Positions 44,538 to 53,374 of a stretch of 57,387 nucleotides of DNA are shown here, piece by piece. Source of the stretch: an uncultured Acidimicrobiaceae bacterium (GTDB lineage: Bacteria; Actinomycetota; Acidimicrobiia; Spongiisociales; UBA5794); assembly GCA_964505525.1 (NCBI GenBank), contig CAZDIQ010000002.1, positions 1 through 57,387 on the forward strand. The letters are read 5' to 3'. The translations under genes and the position numbers were made by a program. Numbering within the stretch: the first letter of the stretch is position 1; every line of letters starts with the position of its first letter. The notes under the pieces were generated by a model. It was not told the DNA's origin and did not search any database. It worked only from the letters and a program-made list of their open reading frames with translations.

Positions 44538-44781
44538 TCTCGACTCACTGATTCATCGCTCCCGGTGCGTGCATAGTTGTATCTTCGTATCAGAGTAGCG
44601 TGTCGGCTGCATAGAAGAAAATCGTTTCGTTATACGTATGTTGCGAACCAACTCCGGCAATTCTCAACCCGCTCCTGTCTGGATCTGCCTGCTGGCCTTG
44701 ACCCCCTTGCCACGGCGCCGACCGGGCAGCGGCCTTGCAGTTGGCGTTGCGACGGGCTAATTTCACAACAGCGAATAAGGT

Positions 44782-44795
44782 TTCACTGAGCGAAA
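44782..44795. promoter_or_regulatory. Candidate operator (TTCA-N5-CGAAA variant) upstream of the 44858 operon
   Basis: TTCACTGAGCGAAA lies 63 nt upstream of ATG 44858. It matches the reverse complement of the site at 11404 (TTCTGTCAGCGAAA) at 11 of 14 positions. The same 320-bp divergent region also holds partial copies at 44583..44596 and 44625..44638. Confidence 0.4.
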
Positions 44796-44857
44796 GATTG
44801 ATAGACCTCTCGGTGGCGTCAGCTTGACGGCCCGGTGGAGTTCGGAAGCGAGGAACG

Positions 44858-45706
44858 ATGTCCCCACAATCAAAAGGTCTTCAGTCGAGCAACGACATGG
44901 ATACGTCGATTCTCGTCGGCTTGGGTCGCGATCTGTACGACGCGGAGCAAACGCATTCTGTCCTGAAACCACTCACCGATCTCTACCCCGACATGACGCT
45001 GGAGGATGCTTACGCCATCCAACAGGAGTATGCACGATTGCGGATGGACGCGGGTGCGACTCTGGTCGGCCACAAGATTGGCGCCACAAGCCAAGCGATC
45101 CAGAACCTCTTCTCGATTGACACTCCGGACTTCGGTCACCTCTTCGACGACATGCAGAGGTCGGAATTTGAGGCGATCAGTCTCGACGACCTGATTCAGC
45201 CACTCGTCGAGCCGGAGATCGCCTTCGTCCTCGGTGAGGACATAACAGGGCCGGGCATCGAATGGGGCGACATCATCGACGCCGCGGCGGGCGTAGTGCC
45301 GTGCCTTGAGATCATCGATAGCCGTATCACCGAGTGGAAGATTCGACTCGCCGACACCGTCGCCGACAATGGATCGAGTTCCCTGTTCGTTGTCGGGTCA
45401 ACGATGGTTTCTGCCTCTGAAACCGACCTTGGATCCGAGGCCGTGTCCTTCGAACGATCAGGAGAAGTTGTGGGTAGTGGAACCGGAGCTGACGTCTTCG
45501 GCCATCCTGCGAAAGCAGCTGCATGGCTTGTCAACGCGCTGGGTGGGTTCGGCATCACCGTGGAGAAAGGCGCTTTGGTGCTTTCTGGATCCATCACCAC
45601 CGCGGTGGCCGCCAGACCAGGCGACCGGTTCAGGGCAACTTTCTCCTCGATAGGTACTGTTGAGTGTCGGTTCTCAGATCGACCTGATTCCAAGGAGTTG
45701 ACGTAG
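44858..45706 (+). CDS. 2-keto-4-pentenoate hydratase / 2-oxohepta-3-ene-1,7-dioate hydratase-family enzyme (MhpD/HpcG-like)
   Basis: Sequence shows AYAIQQEY...GHKIGATS and EPEIAF, with an FAH-fold hydratase pattern. RBS GAGGAA. Confidence 0.82.
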   Translation: MSPQSKGLQSSNDMDTSILVGLGRDLYDAEQTHSVLKPLTDLYPDMTLEDAYAIQQEYARLRMDAGATLVGHKIGATSQAIQNLFSIDTPDFGHLFDDMQRSEFEAISLDDLIQPLVEPEIAFVLGEDITGPGIEWGDIIDAAAGVVPCLEIIDSRITEWKIRLADTVADNGSSSLFVVGSTMVSASETDLGSEAVSFERSGEVVGSGTGADVFGHPAKAAAWLVNALGGFGITVEKGALVLSGSITTAVAARPGDRFRATFSSIGTVECRFSDRPDSKELT

Positions 45707-45708
45707 AT

Positions 45709-46176
45709 ATGCCAATGACACATGAGGCGATGGAGCAAGCAATCCGGGGCTACTTTGATGCGTGCAACAGGGGAGACGCCGACGCGATAGCCGCGTTCTT
45801 CACGGATGACGCCGTCCACTATTTTCCACCAGGCATGTACGAGGGCCCGTTCAGAACCGCCACAACAATCGGGGATCGATGGCGGCAGGCAGTCGAGGGT
45901 CTGGGGTCGATGTGGACCATCGACCAACTGATCACCGACGCCGAAACCGGTCGTGCGGTCATTGAGTGGACGCACTTCAAGACAGCAAAAGGGACCGTGC
46001 TCCGCGGTGATGAGTGGTACATCTTCGATCCTGACTCCGGTTTGATCGCGGAGATTCGGGCCTACTACGCGTCCCCACAGGCCGAGAACCTCCAGACACT
46101 CGAGCTCGAAGGGTTCGACTACGCGGGGAGGGGATACACAACCGATCCTCCGTTTACCCGCGAAATCGCCGAATGA
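45709..46176 (+). CDS. SnoaL-like / NTF2-fold protein
   Basis: 155 aa carrying YFDACNRGDADAIAAFFTDDAVHYFP, typical of SnoaL-like polyketide cyclase/NTF2 domains. Confidence 0.7.
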   Translation: MPMTHEAMEQAIRGYFDACNRGDADAIAAFFTDDAVHYFPPGMYEGPFRTATTIGDRWRQAVEGLGSMWTIDQLITDAETGRAVIEWTHFKTAKGTVLRGDEWYIFDPDSGLIAEIRAYYASPQAENLQTLELEGFDYAGRGYTTDPPFTREIAE

Positions 46177-47417
46177 CGCATCCGCTAGGGCTTGTGGACC
46201 AGTCCTCGTGGTTTGCCGGTGGTGGCGGGACGCACAGCCACAGAGCCTCGTCGTGGGATCGGACCGGGGCAAACCGAGACTTCATCAATCTCGACGCTGG
46301 CGACACCGCGGTTCTGCTCGAGGCGGACGGACCTGGGTGTGTCACGCACACATACCTCGCGATGGTCCTTCCCGACATCGCCGACTACAGAAACGCAATT
46401 CTGAGGTGCTATTGGGACGGGTCTGATCGACCGTCGGTGGAGGTTCCGCTGGGCGACTTCTTCGGAGTGACAAACGGGCGCGTGCGCGAGTATCAGAGTC
46501 AGATGACCGCTGTCAATGGCGGCCTTGGTGCCTCGCATGGTCTCAATGCGTACTTTCCCATGCCTTTCTCGTCCGGTGGGCGGATCACGCTCGAAAACCG
46601 TGGTAGCGAAAGACTCGGTGGGGCTCTTGGCAACCTTTGGTACCACATCGACTACGAGTTGTACGACAATCCGATCCCTGAGGACACACATCGGTTCCAT
46701 GCGTCGTATGCCCAGGAGGTTCCGACCACTGTCGTGGGTGCAGAACCGAATGTCACGCTTCATGACGCCGAAAACGGCGACGGAACCGAGAACTATGTCG
46801 CCCTCCAAACCACGGGGGCCGGTCGGATGGTCGGTCTTGTTCTTGGAATCGAGAATCTCCAAGGCACGAGCTGGTACGGCGAAGGTGATGACATGGTCTT
46901 CATCGACGGCGAGTCTTGGCCACCAGCAATCCACGGGACCGGGACCGAGGAGATTTTTGGTGGCGGAGCCTGCCCGAGTTGGGAATATGCCGGACCATAT
47001 ACAGGGTTCCACCTGGTCGAGTCTCCAGAGTATGAAGGCCTCATCGGGATGTACCGGTGGTATGTCCACGACCCGATTCACTTTGCGTCATCACTCAAAT
47101 GGACAATCGAGCACGGCCATGCGAACAACTTTGCGAACAACTACTCATCGGTTGCGTATTGGTATCAGACGCCACGGGGGGTGCTGCCACCGCTTCCCGC
47201 CCCCTCCGAGATGCTCCCGCCACTCGGGGACGGCTACGAGGAGGCGAAGACGTATCTCTTCGCGACAACCGAACGGCTTCGTCGGGCCGTTGGAGAGGGC
47301 GGCCAGCTCATCGACTTTCTTCGAGCTTGTCGGGCCGGAGAACCGTTCTACCGCGGTGACTGGGCGGCCACCATCGAGGCGCTCGATCGCTACCGGTCGG
47401 AGACGAGGTTGGGGTAG
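46173..47417 (+). CDS. DUF2961 / glycoside hydrolase family 172 protein (copy 1 of 3)
   Basis: Sequence shows SSWDRTGANRD, GPGCVTHTY, CYWDGSDRPSVEVPLGDFFG, NAYFPMPF and WYGEGDDMVFIDGESWPPAIHGTGTEEIFGG. No signal peptide. ATGA overlap with the upstream gene. Confidence 0.85.
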   Translation: MTHPLGLVDQSSWFAGGGGTHSHRASSWDRTGANRDFINLDAGDTAVLLEADGPGCVTHTYLAMVLPDIADYRNAILRCYWDGSDRPSVEVPLGDFFGVTNGRVREYQSQMTAVNGGLGASHGLNAYFPMPFSSGGRITLENRGSERLGGALGNLWYHIDYELYDNPIPEDTHRFHASYAQEVPTTVVGAEPNVTLHDAENGDGTENYVALQTTGAGRMVGLVLGIENLQGTSWYGEGDDMVFIDGESWPPAIHGTGTEEIFGGGACPSWEYAGPYTGFHLVESPEYEGLIGMYRWYVHDPIHFASSLKWTIEHGHANNFANNYSSVAYWYQTPRGVLPPLPAPSEMLPPLGDGYEEAKTYLFATTERLRRAVGEGGQLIDFLRACRAGEPFYRGDWAATIEALDRYRSETRLG

Positions 47418-49027
47418 TGGCTTCGGCGATTCCGGTCCTTGTTGGCGGCGTCTGGCGTGAATCGTCAGGTTCAGCTACGTTCGAGTCCGTCAACCCTGCC
47501 ACTGGCGAGGCGCTCGTTGCTTATCCGATCTCAGAATGGGATGAGATCGACGCGGCGCTCAGCGCAGGCCACTCGGCGTACGAGGAACTTCGCGACATTG
47601 ATCCAAAGTCCGTCGCGTCGATGCTCGCGGGATTCGCCGACCGGATCGAGCGCAACACTGCGGAACTGGCCGCCGTCGCCGCGAAAGAGACCGGGTTGCC
47701 CGCAGCGCCCCGCCTGTCGGATGTCGAGATTCCACGAACGGTGAATCAGCTGCGCATGGCTGGCGCAGCGGCGCAAGCCCGCGACTGGGTGGAACCGATT
47801 CTTTCGCCCGGAGCACGTCTCGCGTCGTGGTTGGCACCAACCCCCGGGGTTGTTCCTGTGTTCGGCCCGAACAACTTCCCCTTTGCATTCAACGGAGTCG
47901 GCGGTGGCGACTTTGCGGCTGCCATCGCTACGGGACATCCCGTCCTCGCCAAGGCGAATCCCGGTCACCCCGAGACCACGAGGTTGCTCGCATCAGAGGC
48001 CTTGCAAGCCGCTGATGCCGCTGGTCTCCCAGAAGCGACCATCCAAATGGTGTACCGCACCTCCCACGATGACGGTGCACGCATCGTTGCCGATCCGCGC
48101 GTCGCCGCCACAGCGTACACGGGGTCGAGGTCCGCGGGCCTTGCTCTCAAGCGGAGTGCGGACGCTTCCGGGAAGCCGATCTACCTCGAGATGTCGAGCG
48201 TGAACCCCGTCGTCGTGTTACCGGGAGTTCTGTCCGAAACGCCGGATGTCGTGGCTTCGACCCTCGTGGCGAGCGTGCTGTTGGGGGCAGGGCAATTCTG
48301 TACAAGTCCAGGAATCGTCTTTGTCACGGAGTCCGCCGGTTTCGACCAGTTCATGGAGACCCTTGCAGCCGGTTTCCGACATGCACCGGTTGCCACCCTG
48401 TTGACTGAAGGCGTGGCAACCGGCTTGTCGGCAGCCCGCGCCCAGTGGGTATCCGCGGGTGCGAAAGTGGTCGCGAGCGGACAAATCGCAGACGCCGACG
48501 GTCCGACGTTCTCGTACCCTGCAACCCTGCTTTGGACGTCGGCCGCGGACTTCTTGTTGCGATCCGAGGAGCTACAGACGGAGGCATTCGGTTCGATGAT
48601 GCTGGTAGTGAGGGCCCCAAGTGTCGCCGAGTTGGTCCGGTGCGTCGACCGCCTCGAAGGCAACCTGACTGGGACGGTATTCGTCTCGGTCTCGGGGTCT
48701 GACGACGGGATATATCCCGAGGTGGCAGGGCGGCTTCGGGAGAAGGTCGGGCGACTGGTCAATAACAAGGCCCCGACCGGCGTTGCTGTTGACCAAGCGA
48801 TGAACCATGGCGGACCGTATCCGTCGACGGGGCACGCAGGATTCACCGCGGTTGGGGTCCCGACGAGTTTTCGTCGTTTCGCAAACCTGCAGAGTTTTGA
48901 CAACGTGGCCGACAGTCGTCTCCCCCCGGAATTGCAGGCGGCAAACCCGTTGGGCTTGATGCGAAGGGTCGACGATGAGTGGACTCGTAGTTCGATCGAG
49001 TGGGCGCGTCCGAGCGAGCCCGACTGA
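47417..49027 (+). CDS. Aldehyde dehydrogenase, alpha-ketoglutaric semialdehyde (2,5-dioxovalerate) dehydrogenase-like
   Basis: ALDH fold with length (~536 aa) and N-terminus (VGGVWRESSGSATFESVNPATGE) typical of the KGSADH-type group. It carries a catalytic-Cys region GAGQFCTSPG and FGPNNFPFAF. GTG start overlaps the upstream TAG by 1 nt. Confidence 0.8.
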   Translation: MASAIPVLVGGVWRESSGSATFESVNPATGEALVAYPISEWDEIDAALSAGHSAYEELRDIDPKSVASMLAGFADRIERNTAELAAVAAKETGLPAAPRLSDVEIPRTVNQLRMAGAAAQARDWVEPILSPGARLASWLAPTPGVVPVFGPNNFPFAFNGVGGGDFAAAIATGHPVLAKANPGHPETTRLLASEALQAADAAGLPEATIQMVYRTSHDDGARIVADPRVAATAYTGSRSAGLALKRSADASGKPIYLEMSSVNPVVVLPGVLSETPDVVASTLVASVLLGAGQFCTSPGIVFVTESAGFDQFMETLAAGFRHAPVATLLTEGVATGLSAARAQWVSAGAKVVASGQIADADGPTFSYPATLLWTSAADFLLRSEELQTEAFGSMMLVVRAPSVAELVRCVDRLEGNLTGTVFVSVSGSDDGIYPEVAGRLREKVGRLVNNKAPTGVAVDQAMNHGGPYPSTGHAGFTAVGVPTSFRRFANLQSFDNVADSRLPPELQAANPLGLMRRVDDEWTRSSIEWARPSEPD

Positions 49028-49044
49028 CAGGAGGGGTGAGACCC

Positions 49045-50259
49045 ATGCAAGGATTTGAGCACTTAACCGGTCCGGTGTCCGGTGTGTCGAGGCGTGCGTC
49101 CTCTTGGGACAGGACCGGAGCCAACGCAGATTGGATCGAGGTTGACCCGGGGGAGACTGTGACCCTCATGGAGCACCAGGGTCCCGGAGCAATCACGCAT
49201 CTGTATGCAGCCATGATGTATCCCGAACTGGCAGACTATCGGGACGCGATCATCAGATGCTATTGGGACGGTGCTGATGTGCCTTCGGTGGAAGTACCCC
49301 TCGGAGACTTCTTCACGGTCGTACACGGCCGCGTACGAGAAATCAAGAGCGCCATGGTCACCATCAATCCCGGGTTTGGCGTTTCTCATGGAATGAGTGC
49401 GTACTTTCGCATGCCGTTCGCACAGGGAGCGGTGATCACGCTCGAGAATCGCGGTCCGTCGCGCCTTGGTGGGCGCATCGGGAATCTGTGGTACCACGTG
49501 GACTACGACGTTCTCGACGAGGCTGCTCACGCCGAACCCATGCGATTCCACGCCCAATACCGTCAGGAACGCCCTGCGATTCCGGTTGGTCCTGAGCCCG
49601 GGAAGCAGCTGCATGGAGCGTCCAATCTCACCGGGGAAGAGAACTACGTCGTCGTGGATACCCAAGGCGAGGGTCGAATGGTCGGACTGGTCCTGGAGGT
49701 CGACAATCACGTTGGCGGATGGTGGGGTGAGGGCGACGATATGGTGTTCGTCGACGGCCATTCATGGCCACCCGCGATCCATGGAACAGGCACGGAGGAA
49801 ATCTTCTCAGGCGGTGCCTCGCCGGGATGGGAGTATGCAGGTCCATACACGGGGACCCATCTCATCGAATCGCCCGACTACGCAGGGTTGACGGGAATGT
49901 ATCGGTGGTACCTCCATGACCCAATCAGTTTCCACAACTCTCTTCTGTGGACCATCGAGCACGGGCACGCCAACAATTTCGCGAACGACTACTCATCGGT
50001 TGGGTATTGGTATCAGACGCCAGCCGTGTCGGTCGTGGGGACGCTTCCTGCCCGGCAGGACATGTTGCCTCGTCTCGGAGAGGATCACGACACAGCCCGC
50101 GCCCTCCTTGAAGATACGGTCGTGCAGGCCCGCGAGTTGGGTGGCGAGGCATATGTCACGGCCGCGCGATCAGTCGCACCATTCTATGAGGGTAGGTTTG
50201 CCGAAGCGATCGACTCCATGAATGCCGTCAGGGCCGAGCTCGGTCTGGAGTCCGACTAG
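49045..50259 (+). CDS. DUF2961 / glycoside hydrolase family 172 protein (copy 2 of 3)
   Basis: Close paralog of 46173..47417 with the same motif set, for example WWGEGDDMVFVDGHSWPPAIHGTGTEEIFSGG. The start is set at ATG 49045 behind RBS AGGAGGGG. Confidence 0.85.
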   Translation: MQGFEHLTGPVSGVSRRASSWDRTGANADWIEVDPGETVTLMEHQGPGAITHLYAAMMYPELADYRDAIIRCYWDGADVPSVEVPLGDFFTVVHGRVREIKSAMVTINPGFGVSHGMSAYFRMPFAQGAVITLENRGPSRLGGRIGNLWYHVDYDVLDEAAHAEPMRFHAQYRQERPAIPVGPEPGKQLHGASNLTGEENYVVVDTQGEGRMVGLVLEVDNHVGGWWGEGDDMVFVDGHSWPPAIHGTGTEEIFSGGASPGWEYAGPYTGTHLIESPDYAGLTGMYRWYLHDPISFHNSLLWTIEHGHANNFANDYSSVGYWYQTPAVSVVGTLPARQDMLPRLGEDHDTARALLEDTVVQARELGGEAYVTAARSVAPFYEGRFAEAIDSMNAVRAELGLESD

Positions 50260-51233
50260 AGCGGCGTGGGTGCCTGTGGGTCGATGAGATTCTCGGTGGC
50301 AAGCTCGGCCCACAGATCCGAAGGAATGTCGACCGACATCAACGCGGCATTGGTGCGGATTTCGTCGGGGGATCGGGCACCTGTGATTACCGTTGCCACA
50401 GCTGGGTGTGCGAGAGGGAACTGCACCGCTGCCGCGATGGGGTCGACTCCGTGGCGATGGCACACTTCGCGAATCCTGACAGCCTTCGAGACCACGGCGT
50501 CAGGGGCAGCCTCATAGTTGTACTTGGCATCTCCGTCGGGGTCGACCATCACGCCACTGTTGAAGACGCCGCCGGCAATGATCGAGAACTGTCGCTCAAT
50601 CGCCAACGGGAGCAGCTCGACGAGAGCTGTTTGTTCGAGGAGCGTGTATCGACCAGCCAGTAGCACGCAGTCGAATTCTGCTCGCGAGGCGAGGTATACA
50701 AGGGGTTCGACCCAATTCATTCCGGCACCGATCGCCCCGACGATCCCTTCACTCCGCATGTCATGGAGTGCCCTGTACGTGCCATCAAGCGCTTCGTCGA
50801 GTGCGTCGTCGGGGTCGTGGATCAGCGCGACATCGACGCGATCGAGACCGAGCCGCTCAAGGCTCTCTTCAAGGGATCGGCGGGCTCCGTCGTACGAAAA
50901 GTCGAATTCGGCGGTGTGCGAATGGTCTCCTTCGAAGAGTCCGGGGTCCGACTCCGTCTCGACCAGCAATCGCCCCATCTTCGTCGATAACGTGTATCCA
51001 GTGCGTGGGTGTGCTGCGAGAACCGAGCCGAGCCACCGTTCTGATTGGCCATATCCATAGAACGGAGCGGTGTCGAAGTAGCGCAATCCGAGGTCCCATG
51101 CCGCCTGCACCGTAGCAAGTCCGGTCTCCTCGTCGATTGCTGCCGGCCATCCCCCGAGTGGGGCGGTACCCAACCCGAGCCTTGTAACCGGGACCGTGCT
51201 TGCCCCGAGGGTGGTTCTTTCGGTCGGATCCAT
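50256..51233 (-). CDS. Aldo/keto reductase (D-threo-aldose/L-fucose 1-dehydrogenase-like subgroup)
   Basis: Sequence shows LGLGTAPLGG and YFDTAPFYGYGQSERWLG. The start is moved to ATG 51233 (MDPTERT...) behind RBS AGGAGG. Confidence 0.8.
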   Translation of the reverse strand: MDPTERTTLGASTVPVTRLGLGTAPLGGWPAAIDEETGLATVQAAWDLGLRYFDTAPFYGYGQSERWLGSVLAAHPRTGYTLSTKMGRLLVETESDPGLFEGDHSHTAEFDFSYDGARRSLEESLERLGLDRVDVALIHDPDDALDEALDGTYRALHDMRSEGIVGAIGAGMNWVEPLVYLASRAEFDCVLLAGRYTLLEQTALVELLPLAIERQFSIIAGGVFNSGVMVDPDGDAKYNYEAAPDAVVSKAVRIREVCHRHGVDPIAAAVQFPLAHPAVATVITGARSPDEIRTNAALMSVDIPSDLWAELATENLIDPQAPTPL

Positions 51234-51246
51234 TGGCGGCCTCCTG

Positions 51247-52185
51247 TCAGACGATTGCGATTGGTCGAAGAGCGAATCCAGCAGTGGCTCCTCGGACGGG
51301 AGGAACAAGTGCGATATAGGTGAATTCGTAGCGCCCATCCCGCGCAAGGTCCTCGAGATTGTGGAGTTCTCCCATGTGGACGCCTTGATCGACCAACAAG
51401 TACTCGTGGACGGGCGAGGGTGATGGTGCTCCGTCGATCGGAGGGATTACCTCGAGCGTCGACGTGTCACCGCCGATCAACATGGCGCCACACTCTTCGA
51501 CGAGCCATCGCGCAGCGCCAAGAGTTATCCCTGCAGAATCGGGACCAGCAATTGCCGCATGGTCGTGCCCGGCAACACCCCAGTGACGCATCGCCCCGGA
51601 TCTCACCATGACGACTGACCCGGGTGCTATTTCGATTCCCTGGTGGTCCAGAACTGCCCGGAGCTCGTCGGCCGTGATGGCATAGGACGGTTGAAGTTCG
51701 TCGATCCCCAGATATCTGGGTATGTCGAGCAGAACTCCGCGAGCGATGATTGGTGGGATCGACGCGGCGCTCGCCTTCGTTGCACCGAAGTCCGACGACC
51801 ACTCGGCTGCGGTGAACCCGTTGTACCAGTGATTGTCCGCACCCTTGGTAGCGTGGCACAAACCGTCCAGCTGGGTACCTGCGTGATCGGACAACGTGAT
51901 CATGGAAGTGAAGAAGCTCATCCCTTCGTCCGGCTCCCCGAAGTCCCCACTTCGTTTGATACCTTCTGCGGTCCGGAACGTCAGCACCTCGGTACCGACG
52001 TGACCAGGCCATAGAAACGACCCGCGATCAAGGGCGACGCCGAGGTCATACACAGCGCCATGCTTCGGAGCACTGAGAGCCGCCAGAGTGGTTTCGGCAG
52101 TCATCGCGTTCAGGGCACCGATTTCATCTTCATCACCCCAAATCCAACCCCAGCCTTCTCCGCGTTGCCATCCCGGTTTACCCAT
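51247..52185 (-). CDS. Putative cyclase-family protein (kynurenine formamidase fold, PF04199-like)
   Basis: Sequence shows YDLGVAL, LSDHAGTQLDGLCH and RGVLLDIP. The start is moved to ATG 52185 (MGKPGW...) behind RBS GGAGGA. Confidence 0.7.
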   Translation of the reverse strand: MGKPGWQRGEGWGWIWGDEDEIGALNAMTAETTLAALSAPKHGAVYDLGVALDRGSFLWPGHVGTEVLTFRTAEGIKRSGDFGEPDEGMSFFTSMITLSDHAGTQLDGLCHATKGADNHWYNGFTAAEWSSDFGATKASAASIPPIIARGVLLDIPRYLGIDELQPSYAITADELRAVLDHQGIEIAPGSVVMVRSGAMRHWGVAGHDHAAIAGPDSAGITLGAARWLVEECGAMLIGGDTSTLEVIPPIDGAPSPSPVHEYLLVDQGVHMGELHNLEDLARDGRYEFTYIALVPPVRGATAGFALRPIAIV

Positions 52186-52302
52186 GGTCTCCTCCACTTG
52201 CGAACTCCGCTTGGATCTGATCCGCACTCGCGATCAGTGTAGGCTGATGATTCCTCATGACGGAAAGGTGTTTCCCAAGATGAACGATAGGGTGGTGGTC
52301 AG

Positions 52303-53373
52303 ATGACAGGCCTCGATTCGCTTCCTCGACTGCTCAACGTCGAATCGCGCTCGATCAGCGCCGAGAATCCGAGCGGCGAGCGCGGTGGCGGTGGCAAAGC
52401 TACCGAAGGAACCGGCGCCATCGCGTCGCGGGATCTCGGGCGGGGATGGAAGGTGTCGCCGAGCATCGTCATCCCACCAGGCGACACCGCCGTTCTGGCG
52501 GACATCAACGGCTGCGGGATGATCCGTCACATCTGGATCACATCCGCCGCTGATCGATGGCGCGATTTCATCCTTCGAATGTCATGGGATGGGAGTCCGG
52601 AGCCGGCCGTCGAAGTACCCCTGGGTGACTTCTTCTGCAACGGTTGGAAGTCCTTCAGTCAGGTCGACTCGGTTCCGATTGCTGCGAATCCCAACGGTGG
52701 CTTCAACTCGTACTGGCCCATGCCATTTCGGTCTGGTGCTGTCATCACGATCGAGAATCGGGCTGAGGTCGAAGGCAAGTGTTACTTCCAGATCGACTAC
52801 ACACTCGGGGATGAGCAGGAGGATTCGTTCGGATACTTTCATGCCCAGTGGCGGCGGAGCAATCCTCTTCCATACATGGCGACACATGAGCTCCTCGAGC
52901 TTCCCGCGGGCTCGGGTCACGGTCACTATGTGGGGACGTACATTGCCTGGGGTGTCAACAATTCCGGGTGGTGGGGGGAGGGCGAAGTCAAGATGTATCT
53001 CGACGGTGACGATGAGTTTCCCACGATCTGCGGCACCGGCACAGAAGACTACTTCGGCGGAGCTTGGAACTTTGATCTCCCCGGCAAAGGCTACACACCG
53101 TTCACGACGCCGTATCTCGGACTCAATCAAGTCACTCCGACGGACGGCCTGTATGCGAGTCAACAGCGGTTCGGCATGTACAGATGGCACATTCCCGACC
53201 CGGTCGTGTTCCGCGACTCACTTCGCGTCGACATCCAGGCGCTCGGGTGGAGATCGGGCCATCGATACCTGCCGCTGCAGGATGACATTGCTTCAACCGT
53301 CTTCTTCTACCTCGATTCAGCATCGGCAAGACGTCCGGAGCTTGCATCGTCCGACCATCTGGAGGTGATCTGA
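52303..53373 (+). CDS. DUF2961 / glycoside hydrolase family 172 protein (copy 3 of 3, divergent and shorter)
   Basis: Sequence shows GMIRHIWIT, WDGSPEPAVEVPLGDFFCNGW, NSYWPMPF and WWGEGEVKMYLDGDDEFPTICGTGTEDYFGGAWNF. Confidence 0.85.
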   Translation: MTGLDSLPRLLNVESRSISAENPSGERGGGGKATEGTGAIASRDLGRGWKVSPSIVIPPGDTAVLADINGCGMIRHIWITSAADRWRDFILRMSWDGSPEPAVEVPLGDFFCNGWKSFSQVDSVPIAANPNGGFNSYWPMPFRSGAVITIENRAEVEGKCYFQIDYTLGDEQEDSFGYFHAQWRRSNPLPYMATHELLELPAGSGHGHYVGTYIAWGVNNSGWWGEGEVKMYLDGDDEFPTICGTGTEDYFGGAWNFDLPGKGYTPFTTPYLGLNQVTPTDGLYASQQRFGMYRWHIPDPVVFRDSLRVDIQALGWRSGHRYLPLQDDIASTVFFYLDSASARRPELASSDHLEVI

Positions 53374-53374
53374 C

